This document shows, one piece after another, positions 39,301 through 51,300 of a DNA stretch of 64,000 nucleotides. Both the position numbers and the translations under genes were made by a program. Source of the stretch: Dimorphilus gyrociliatus (lineage: Eukaryota > Animalia > Annelida); contig CAJFCJ010000023.1 of NCBI GenBank assembly GCA_904063045.1, forward strand, positions 124,001 through 188,000, written 5' to 3'. The notes under the pieces are model-generated. The model was not told the origin of the DNA. It ran no database searches and saw nothing but the letters and a program-made list of their open reading frames with translations. The stretch's first letter is position 1, and each line of letters starts with the position of its first letter.

Positions 39301-42300
39301 TTAATTAATCCTATATATATAGATAAACCAGAGCCACCTTGTAATCTAAGAGTAAAGAATATGGAAAAAGATAGACTAACTTTAACATGGAACGAACCAG
39401 AATCAGATAATGGCTCTCCAATAAAACAGTATATTATCGAGAAACAAGATGTAAATAAGCCGAATTGGCTAACTGCTGGAGAAACTGATCAATTGGAGTT
39501 TACTGTTACCAAATTATTCGAAGATAGAGAGTATTCTATAAGAGTTGCTGCGGAAAATAAGGTTGGTTTAAGTAAATACGCACAACTCTCCGAAACGATT
39601 AAGACGAAATCTAAAACTCAACCACCTTCACCACCGAGAAAATTAAAAATAGCTGATATAACTCAATCGTCTTGTAAACTTAGTTGGAAAGAACCTGAAA
39701 ATGATGGTGGTTCATCAATAATTGGCTACTATGTTGAAAAATTACAGAAAGGTTATGGATCTAGATGGTTAAAAATCAATCAAGCTCCAATCGACAAGAC
39801 ATTTGTTGAAATAAAAGATTTAATTGAAATGAACGAATATACATTTAGAGTTATCGCTGAAAATAAAGCAGGAATTTCTTCTCCAAGTGAAAAATCAGAC
39901 AAAGTTACAACTAAAAATCCCTATAATAAACCATCGGCACCTGGTAAGCCTAAAGTTGAAGTCGAAAGTAAGGAGAACTTTAAAATCAAGTGGACATCAC
40001 CCAAAGAAGACGGAGGTGCCGAGATTAGCCATTATATTCTGGAAGAATATTCAAATTTCCGTTGGAATATTGTTGATGAGAAAATTAAGAAAAATGAATA
40101 CATTTTGAAAAATATTTCAAAATCTGTTGACTATCAATTTAGAGTTTCTGCTGTAAACAAAGTTGGATCTGGCGCTTTCTCGGAAGAGAGTGAACTAGTT
40201 CGAATAGGTTTGTACCTTTTCTCGTTTTCCTGGTCAATTCTATTGTATAATTTTTGTCTTGAATTGTTTTTCATACAGATGACAAAATCTATTTTACCAA
40301 AAAATTGGAAACTATTGAATTAACAGCGGTACCTGAAAAAGTTACTTTCAGTTGTGAACTGTCTCAGGAACTAATGATTAGCGAATCTCCTGATTGGTAC
40401 AAGGATGAAAAGCCAATTAGAAAGAGTGATAAATACGAAATTAGATCGAAAGGAACTAGACACGAGCTTATCATTCACGATGTAGATGGAAAATCTATTG
40501 GAAACTATAAATGTAGCTATAGAAATGAAGAAACTACAGGAGATTTAATTATCAAGACACCACCTACTTGTACTCTTCCTAAGAAATATGAAAGTGGAAT
40601 TATTCTAAAAGTAGGCCAAGCTTTCGTAATTGAGATGCCTTTCCAAGGTTGTCCTCAGCCAAGTGTTAAATGGGAATTTAACGGAAAACCTATTACCGAT
40701 TTAACAAGAATTACAATTGACACCATATTTAACATGACCAATCTTTCTTTATCAAAAGCTAAGAAAAGTGATACTGGAAATTTCCAACTGCTCTTGGAAA
40801 ATTCTCATGGAAAGATATCAATTAATGTCAAGGTACAGGTTATTGAAAAACCCGATCCCGTAAGAAATCCAGTAGTTAAGGAAATGGATGCCACTCAAGT
40901 TTTTATAGGCTGGAGTAAACCCGAATACGATGGTGGTAGCGAAATAACAAATTATAACATTGAAAAGAGAGAAGGATATAAAAAGATGTGGCAAAAGGCA
41001 GGAACAACTAAGAATCTTGAATATTTAATTGATCGTTTAGTTGAAGGAAATTCATACTCTGTAAGAATATTTGCAGAAAATATAGTTGGTTTAAGTGAAG
41101 AAGTTGAATTACCAACGGTTATCGTTCCCAAATCTCAATTTTGTAAGTTCTATATATAAAATATGTTATAGGAGACATTCAATAATTACAACACTTTATT
41201 TTCTTTCCTAGCTGTTCCAAGTGCTCCAATTTCACCTATTGTATCAGACATAAGAAAAGATTCTTGCAAATTAACTTGGGAAGAACCAAGTTACAACGGA
41301 GGAAAACCTATTAAACACTATTTGGTGGATAGAAGAGTCAATGATTCTACTAAGTGGATTAGACTTAGAGAAAGACCTGCAACATGCTCCTTACCCATAA
41401 ATGATCTAAGCGAAAAACACAAATATGAATTCAGAGTTTTTGCCGAAAATTCAGTAGGCATAAGTGAGGGTTCGGATATTTCCAAGAGCTTCGTGGCTAA
41501 AGATCCATGGGGTAAACCTTTTTTATACTTAATCTTACTTTTAACGTATAAGAATACTTTTAATATTACAATAGATACACCTGGTAAACCTGAAAAACCT
41601 AAAGTATCAGATCTACATTCAACGTCAGTCAAATTATCTTGGATGGAACCGAAATCAGATGGCGGATCAAAAATTAAAGGTTACCTAATTGAACAGAGAA
41701 TGGAGGGAACTTTCAAGTGGAAAGCAGTCTCTAGAAATAACGAATTAGTAACCGATACTCAGCTCAAAATAGATAATCTTATGGATGATATGCAATACGA
41801 GTTCAGAGTATCAGCCGTAAACGAAGCCGGTCCAGGTGAATTTAGCGATTCTTCTGGATTTTACAGATGTAAATCACCAATTTGTAAGTATATTTTACTA
41901 AACAAGAAAATATTTCTATCCTATTTGATAATTTTATATAGCTGGAGAAAAACCAACTGTTATCAGCCCATTAAAGGATGAAAAGGTGTTAACTGAAGAG
42001 GATGTTGCATTAAAATGCAAAATTAATAATGGAGATTTAGCAATTAAAGTTAAATGGTTTAAAAACAATAAAGAAATTTATAACTCCTCCAAATACATAA
42101 TAGTTAATGACGGAGAAAATTTGAAATTAACTGTTTGTAATTGTTCTATTGAGGATGAAGCTGATTATAGAGTTGAAGTCTCAAACGTCTTAGGAAAGAT
42201 CTCTAGCGAAGCTAAACTTACTGTTCTCAGTATGTATATTTGTATATTTCATTTAATGAGGACTATTGTTGCTATAATTGAATGAATTATTCTATTTAGG

Positions 42301-45300
42301 TTCACCAAAGTTAATTATGGATGAAAAGTATAAAAAAGACTTGATTTTCAATGGCGGACAAGATATAAATATTCATGTAAAGTTTCAAGGAAGGCCTAAA
42401 CCTAAATTCATCTTAAATAAACCAGAACAATCCAACGCTTCATTGATAATTGAAAAGAATTACGTTACGTTAAATGTACAAAGTGCTTCAGTGATGGATA
42501 GTGGAGCTTATGAAATTATTGCAACAAGTGACGTTGGAAAGGATAATGGACTTTTAAATATGGCAATTATAGATAGACCTAGTGAACCGCAAGAATTTAA
42601 GGTCATTAAACAAACGAAAAGTAGCATCAGTTTGAGTTGGGAATCTCCTAAGAGTGACGGAGGTTCACCTATTACAAAATATATATTGGAGAGTAGAGAA
42701 AGTAGTAGAAGAATGTGGAGTGAATGTGCTATTTTGAATAAGGACTGTTGTGAATACGAAGTAACCAGACTAAAAGAAGGAAATGAATTTATGTTTAGAC
42801 TGGCAGCTGAAAATATTGCTGGTAAAGGAAGTTTTGCACCTTTAACTGATAGCGTTATTGCTCAATCTCAATATAATCCACCAAGTATGCCAACCAATGT
42901 TATGGCAGATTCTATCACTAAGAATTCCGCCGTGTTAACGTGGGAAATTCCAAAGAGAGATGGAGGATCACCAATTACTGGATATTATATTGAAAAATGT
43001 CAAGGATTTAGCTCAAGATGGACTAGAATAAATAAGGATAGACCTGTAACTGATCCAACTTTTGAAGTAAGAATAATCTTTACTTTAACTTAATTTAAGT
43101 GTTTTTAAAATACTAATAATTGTTTAACAGTTAAGAGATTTGGTTGAAGGAAACGATTACGAATATCGAATAATCGCCATAAACGAAGCGGGTGAAAGTA
43201 AACCATCGGATTCTTGTACAAAATTCACTGCCAAAAATCCGTATACTCAGCCATCTGCTCCGTTGAAACCTATAGCAAAACTAAATAAAAAATCAGTACA
43301 AGTCAGTTGGTCTCCACCTGCATCTGATGGAAAATCAAAGATTATCAGTTATAAACTGGAAGTAAAAGAAACTTTAAGTAAAACTTGGAAAACGGTTAAT
43401 GAAGATATCAAAGATACAAACTACATATATGAAAAAATAGAACCAGAGAAAGAAATTGAATTTAGAGTATCTGCCCTTAACAAGGCTGGATACGGACCTA
43501 CATCATCATCTTCTAATTCTATAAAATATGGTATTTAACTATTATTTTCATATGATATTGTATTGATTTTAATAAAACTAATTTAACAGAAGAGTCTATT
43601 GGATTTGAAGAAGAATTAAAGGATGTTGTATTGAAAAATGTTGAAAAAGACGTTGAATTCAAATGCAAGCTTACAAAGAATACAGAAGTTACCTGGCATT
43701 TTAATGGAGATTTTATCAGAGTAATTCCTTATTGATCCAATCATTTATATTCTATAGTAATTTATTATTTCAGAGAAAAGCTGATAAATACGTTATTGAG
43801 CAAAAAGACTTAGCACATAAACTAATTGTCAGGAACGTTGATAGTAAAGATATTGGAGAGTATACAGCAAAAATTAAAAATAACTCATCAACTGGTCAAT
43901 TAGCTATTCAAGCTGCTCCAAAAATAGATACTACTAATCTTCAAGATAATCTTATTGTCAAAGTTGGGGGATTTTTATCGATTGATATTCCTTTCTCAGC
44001 TCATCCTCAGCCTATTGTTAAATGGACTTTTGATGGTACACCTTTAATTTCATCTCGAAGAGTTAACGTTGACGTTATGAGAAACACGACTTCATTATCT
44101 ATAACAAAAGCTGAAATGAATAATGCAGGAAAATATGCTGTTCATCTTGAAAATGATTATGGAAGCTGTACTTATAAAATTCAAATAAGTGTTCTGGACA
44201 AACCTGATACTCCTCAAAAACTTAAAGTCAAAAAAGTCAATGAAACCTCCATTGATATTGAATGGAGTGAACCAAAATCAGATGGTGGATCACCAATTAC
44301 TGAATATATTGTAGAGAAGCGAGACTCTTATAGAACAGGATACACAGAAGTGTGCACAACAAAATCGAAATTTGCCACTATTAAAAAGCTTACGGAAGGA
44401 AATGAATATGTCTTTAGGGTTTCTGCAAAGAATTCTGTAGGAGTGAGTAATGGCATTGAATTAAGCGAAGGAGTTAAACCAAAAAGTCCTCATGGTACGA
44501 TTCTATTAATTTATAAATAACAGTTTACTTGTAAAACCAAATTTTATTCAAATAGATCCTCCCGGTCCGCCCACTAAACCAAGAATATCGAACATTACTA
44601 GTTCAAAGTGTACAGTATCATGGCAACCTCCACAAACTGATGGTGGTGCACCGATTAATGGCTATCATGTAGAAAAGAAAACAGATCAAAGATGGGTTTC
44701 TTCTAGCAAGAACCTCGTAAAGGAAATAACATTCGAGGCCAGCGATCTAATACAAGGATCGACTTACGAGTTTAGAGTTATTGCTGAAAATAAAATTGGA
44801 AAAAGTAATCCGGGAGAACCAAGCGAACCATTTGTTGCCAAAGATCCATGGGGTTTGTAAAAGAATTCTTGTCTATGTTTAATATTACTTACAAAACTGA
44901 TTAACATCTACTTTCTTATTTAGACTTACCGGGCCCCCCCGGAATACCAGAAGTTAAAGAAATGCTTAAGAGAGCTGTAGTACTGACTTGGGAACCTCCT
45001 AAAAATGATGGAGGAGATAAAATAACTAACTATATTATCGAGCACAAGTTAGACGATGATTTCAAATGGATAACAGATTCGGAAGGGGAAAAGGTCACAG
45101 ATACCAATTATAAAATTACTGGATTGAAGGAAAAAGAAAAATATGAATTTAGAGTTGCAGCCGTAAATAGAGCTGGCAAAGGACCATTTTCTCAATCGGA
45201 CAAAGCAATTAAAGTTCAAGAGCCAATTGTAGGAAAAGCTCCCAAGTTAATAACGAATATCGAAGATCAAACAGCAGTCGGTAAAGAGGTAGTGAAAATT

Positions 45301-48300
45301 GAATGTGGAGTAGACATTGGTGAGCCAGAATCTGAAATATCTTGGTTCAAATGTGACAAGCAGCTAAGATCTGGTAGAAGATATGAATTTATCTATTGGA
45401 ACAAAGTGGCAACATTAGTTATCAAAGATGCGGAGGGAAAGGACTCTGATGAATATAAATGCGTGGTAAGCAATGCCTTAGGAACAGTCGAAAGTTCTGG
45501 AAAGCTAAACATTATCGGTAAATAAGATTTAATACATTTGCATCAATAATAGATAACTAATATTTTCTTTTCAATAAAATAGTCAAACCAACACTGGATT
45601 ATGATCTAAGATTTAATGATAAGGTTTCCTTAAGAGCAGGATCAAATCTGAGTATACCAATCTCTTTTACTGGAATACCTAAGCCAAACGTAAATTGGAA
45701 GTTCAAGGGTGATAATCTTTGCTCTACACCAAAAACGAGTATTCAGTCTTTGACAGATCAAAGTACTTTACATTTGAAAAATGTTAGTGCTGAAAATCAA
45801 GGAGTTTATACATTTATTGCGGAAAATAAAGCTGGAATTGTCAGTAAAGATATCCAAATTGTAGTTAGAGGTAACAAAAAATTAACTAACTTTTACTATA
45901 ATCTCTTAATATCCTTTGAATTTAATCTTTTAGATAAACCATCGGCCCCAAATAACTTAACTATGGTTGATTTAACGCTCGACTCTGTAAAATTCAATTG
46001 GAAAGCTCCAGACTCTGATGGTGGAAGTCCAATAACAGGATATACAATTGAAAAACGAGAGAAATCAAGACAAACATGGATTGGAGCTGGAACAACAAAT
46101 TCGAAAACTACTGAATTTAGTGTTGGGCGCCTATTCGAAGGAACAACCTATTTCTTCCGCGTTGCTGCAGAAAATGAGGTTGGAACGTCAGAATTTGTTG
46201 AATTAGATAAAGGAGTGACGCCCAAAGCTTCCATTGGTAAGTAGCTGAGGAATATATCCTTCTTGATTATGTTAAATCTCTTAAATATAATTTCTTAATT
46301 TAGGAGCCGCATTCGAACCAAGAAATTTAAGAATAAAGAAAGTGACAAAATCAGGTGTAGCATTATCCTGGCAACCACCATCAGATGATGGTGGATCCAA
46401 GATAAAAGGATATGTGATTGAACATAGACAGAGTTACGGAACAAAATGGAGTAAAACAGTAAGAGAGCTCATCAAAGAGACAGAACACGAAATTGTTAAC
46501 CTAAATGAAGGAGACGAATTATCATTTAGAGTTATCGCTGTAAATGATGCTGGAGAAGGTAAACCTTCAGACTCCACTTCACCAGTTAAGATTAAGGATC
46601 CATACGGTATGTTTGATCAATTAATCACTTAACTTAGTTAATAAACTAGATATTATATAATTCAGATAAACCATCGGCTCCTCAAAATTTGGAAATAAAG
46701 TCATCTTCCAAAACTTCTGCTTCCTTGGCTTGGTCCGCTCCAAGACAAGACGGAGGTTTACCTATAATTAATTATAGGGTTGAAAAGAGATCGCTTGGTG
46801 CTTATCAATGGGAAGCAGTTAATATTACAGATAAAATTACATCAACTAGATTTACTGTTGACAATCTACCCGAAGATAATGATTATGAATTTAGAGTCTT
46901 GGCGGAAAATGGATCTGGTATTTCAAAGCCGTCAAATGTTACTAGAACTATAAAAACACGTGAGCTCTTATTATTAGGCAATAGAGGCATTAAACAAGTA
47001 ATTTTATATGTTCACAGGTGAAAAAGTGAACTTTACCGCTCCTTTGCGGGATATTAGCATCTCGGGTTTGGGAGGAAGAGCAATATTAGAAGTGGAATCC
47101 AATAAACCGATAGAGAAATCACAGTGGATGAAAGACGGTCTTGAAATAACTCCATCAAAGTAATTGACAATTAACTAGTCATATAAAAACAATTTGCCTG
47201 TTATTTCGACTAATGAGCTTGTTTTTCTTTCCTAGAAAATATGACTTTTCAGTGAGTGGCAGAAAGCACAGTTTAACTATAAATAACTTGGATTCATTGG
47301 ATATGGGAGATTACGCGGTTATAATGAAAGGTCAACGATCTGTTGCTAGGCTCACTGTAGCAGGTACTTTCCAACTATCAATTAAGTAAATCATATTACA
47401 AAGCTAATGCTACTCATTGACTCCTATAGCTAAACCTACAATTTCTAAGGATTATATTGAGCCAGTAATTGTAAATGCTGGAACTTCACTTGTTTTAGAA
47501 GTCCCTTATACAGGCAGTCCTCAACCTCGAGTATCTTGGAAGTATAATAATCTCCATCTGCAAGAATCTTATAGAATTAGCACAGATACTATACATAACT
47601 TAACAAGTCTAGATATTCGTAGAATTGAAAAATCTGATGCGGGGATCTATACTGTCTTTGTAGAAAATGAGCACGGTACAGCTAGAATAGACGTAGAAGT
47701 TACAGTTTTAGGTAAAAACTATTTTATGGGACTATTATTTATTTAAGGATTATTACTAAATTTACATTCTTTGATATAGATAAACCTCAACCACCAACTA
47801 ACTTTACAGCATCTAATGCAACCAATACATCTGTTCAGTTATCATGGAATAAACCAAGAGATGATGGCGGTTCACCAATTATATCTTATATAGTTGAAAA
47901 GCGAGATGCTCTACGACTCACTTGGAAACAAGTTGCATCCACAAAAGATTTAAAAGCAAAAACAACAGATTTAAATGAAGGAGTTCAATATATCTTCAGA
48001 GTATGCGCCACAAATGCAGTAGGAAAATCCGATTATGTAGAGTTAATAAAACCAATAGAAACTACTGGAAGTGGAGGTATTTTTGAGATAGTTTTTCATT
48101 AACTTCAAATTGATTTTTCTAATTATATCTTTATGTTTTAGATAAACCAAATGAACCTCAAGATTTACAAGTTGAAGAAGTAACCAAAAATTCTTGCGTG
48201 CTATCATGGAATCCTCCTAAGGTTGATAAAAAGAGTCCAATATATGGATATCATATCGAACGACGAGTTAAAGCTGGTAGAGATACTTGGATTAAAGTCA

Positions 48301-51300
48301 ATTCCTTACCAGTTACGGATATGTACTACCAATCATCTGATCTTGTTTCACCAAATGAGTATGAATATAGAGTGATTGCTGAAAACCGCTCAGGCTTCTC
48401 AGAACCTAGCAATACAGTAGCAGTGATAGCTAGAGATCCATACAAAGTACCAGGAAAACCAACCAATTTAAATGTCTCAGACATTAGTAAACGGTCGTGT
48501 AGATTATCTTGGCGTCCTCCGATTTCTGACGGTGGTGATCCAATTAGAAATTATATTGTAGAATTCAGACCGAGAAGTTCCTTTGGATGGCAAAGGGATG
48601 GTATTGCTGATTCTTTTAGTACTTCTTGTAAAGTTAATGGATTAGCAATGGGTGAAGAATATGAATTTAGAATAGCAGCGGAGAATAGAGCTGGTTTGGG
48701 TCCATGGTCAGATAACTCTGAAGTTGTTAAAGTAGAAGAACCTATAATAACTGAGAAACCGGCTGTCCTATGTGGTTTACAAGACGTAATAGCCGTAGCA
48801 GGGAAGCAAGTTAAGTTAGAATGCGATCTATACGGAGGTGAACCTTTAGCAAAGATAACATGGTATAAAGACAAACGCGAAATATATTCGGGCCAGAAAG
48901 CAAAGCCTTCATATGATCCTTATAATCAATTAGCAACTTTAACCATAAATTCAGCTGACCTTTTGGATGAAGGAAGATATCTTTGCGAAGCTATAAACCC
49001 AAGTGGAAAAGTATCAAGCACCTGCAGATTAACAGTTCGATGTATGTAAATTAATATTTTTTTCATTTTCAAGCAACGCATAATAAATAACTTATTTTTC
49101 AATCTTTTCAGCTCTACCAGCAATAGATCGGGATTCGAAGAATCTTGACAATATCGAAGCTATTGAAAACTCTCCGATTAGTCTGCCTGTTAACTATACT
49201 GGTCAACCAAAGCCAACAATAACTTGGATGAAGAATGGTATACCTATTAGATCTAAGCTGGGAATTCAATTGGAACAGATGGAAAATTACGCCTGTTTGA
49301 ATATTAACAATGCTAATATTTCTGATAGCGGAAGATACTCGGTAATCATTGAGAATTCTGTTGGAAAAGATCAAACTGACTTTAATGTTTTAATAAGAGG
49401 TAAGAAGATCTTTTCTATTTTTATAAGCGTGAGGTTATTATAAACTTTTGTTAACAATTTTATAGCTCCGCCTTCAGCTCCTGTTAACCTTAGAGTTCAA
49501 TCCATGCAAAATGACTATTTAACTTTGGCTTGGGATTCTCCAATATCTACTGGCGGTATTCCCATAGCTAATTATATTGTTGAACGACAAGGACCCGGCC
49601 CGAATTGGACAGAAGTAGCAAGAGTTGAATCTGGAGTCAACTCTGTCAAATTAGGCCATTTGAAGAAAGACGAAGAATACAATTTTAGGGTCTTTGCTGA
49701 AAATAAAGCTGGAAGAGGAGAAGCTGTAAAAACGGCATACTCCATAAAAATGCAAAAGTACGCGGATGTTCCATCAGCTCCAAAAAATCTTCAAATGTTA
49801 GAGAGACAAAATGCAATCATTCTTGAATGGAAGACACCTTCTGATGGAGGATCACCTATATTCAATTATATTATTGAAAGAAGTGTAAACTCAAATAGAT
49901 TCACTCAAATCGGAAGAGTATCAGCCTATGATACTTATTTTAAAGATTCTAATACAACTGAAGGAATTTACGAATATAGAGTTTACGCAGAAAACGAATG
50001 CGGAGTTGGTCCATATGCAAACTTTGGACCTGTTAAAGTAATTAGCGAGGAAAGACCACCAAAACCTGACAAACCCGAAATAGTATCGTTTACTAATAAT
50101 TCCGTAACTTTACAATGGAATTTACCAAAGACTAAAAAGCCTATAAATAATTTTAAAATACAAGCCAAATCAAACTACGGATGGAGTTTAGTGGCAGATA
50201 AAGTTTGGAGTTCACCTTTCACAATTCCAGATTTGATAGAGGGTGTTAAATATCAATTTAAAGTCGCCGCTACAAATAAACAAGGCATGGGAGAATTCTC
50301 AGATGCGTCCGAACCAATAATACTCCGTGAATCTATACGAGAAGTTGCACCTGTTATTTCTAGTGTAAATGATATTTACGTATCAAGAGGTGATGATGCT
50401 AAAATAGATTGTAACATTGGAGGAGTTCCAGCCCCGACAGTTAATTGGTAAGAAATGAGTTTAACATCTTCATTCATTCACGCATTCATATTTGCGTTCC
50501 TATTTTAGGTACATGGGCGGGAAAAAGCTGTATTCCTCTTTTAAATATCAATTAAGAACAAGGGATTCTAAATATAGCCTGACTGTAAAGGATATTAGCG
50601 AATCTGATATTGGAGAGTATACGATAGAAGCTTCAAATAACAAAGGCCAAGCTAAAGCTCAATTTAGACTAAAGGTAAGCTTTCCTTTCCTCCAATTACA
50701 TAGAAATTTTACTAAAAGAGAACATTTCATTATGTTAATTAGCTGAAAACTCCTCCGAAACTGAAATTTGACAATACTCATGAACAATTCCTAATCCGTA
50801 AAGGAGAAACCTGTAGACTAAACGTTTCATTAGATGGTGTTGGTAGTTTAACAGAAGTAAGGTGGTTTAAAGATGGAGTACTACTGAGATCTGGTAGAAA
50901 TATTAGAGTTCACGTAAATATCATATCTATTAAATTATATGTTAATTAACTTAATTAATTATATAAATTTAATTGCAGACCGATGATTTTGAAACACTTG
51001 TTTCAATATCTAATACTTCAAAACAAGATGAAGGCACTTATAAGCTGGAAGTTAAAAATGACGCTGGATCAGCTTACGTTGTCTTTGATATTACAGTAAC
51101 AGGTAATTAAAATACAGTTTTATGCATTTCCTCACTATAATTGCTCGCTCTTATTCTTTAGATGTGCCTTCCCAACCAACAAACTTACAAACTCATCAAG
51201 ATAGGTCATCTGTAAAATTGGATTGGAGAAAACCGAGAAATGACGGAGGGTCGAAAATTTTAAATTATATTATAGAAAAGAAAGATGGCAGAAATTGGAC

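Larger units (their letters stand above)
19826..50340 (+). repeat. Nine protein-level super-repeats of 10 domains (IgA1-IgA2-FN3-FN3-FN3-IgB1-IgB2-FN3-FN3-FN3)
   Basis: Units start near 19826, 23040, 26237, 29710, 33337, 36805, 40279, 43590 and 47018, with a genomic period of about 3.1-3.6 kb. Position-specific motifs recur every 10 domains rather than every 5, e.g. IgA1 F..PLED..V...P..A.FECE.SK, IgA2 PP.F....I.LKVGQ...EFP..AYP.P, and the first FN3 after IgB2 often ending A(R/E)LPF. Confidence 0.9.
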
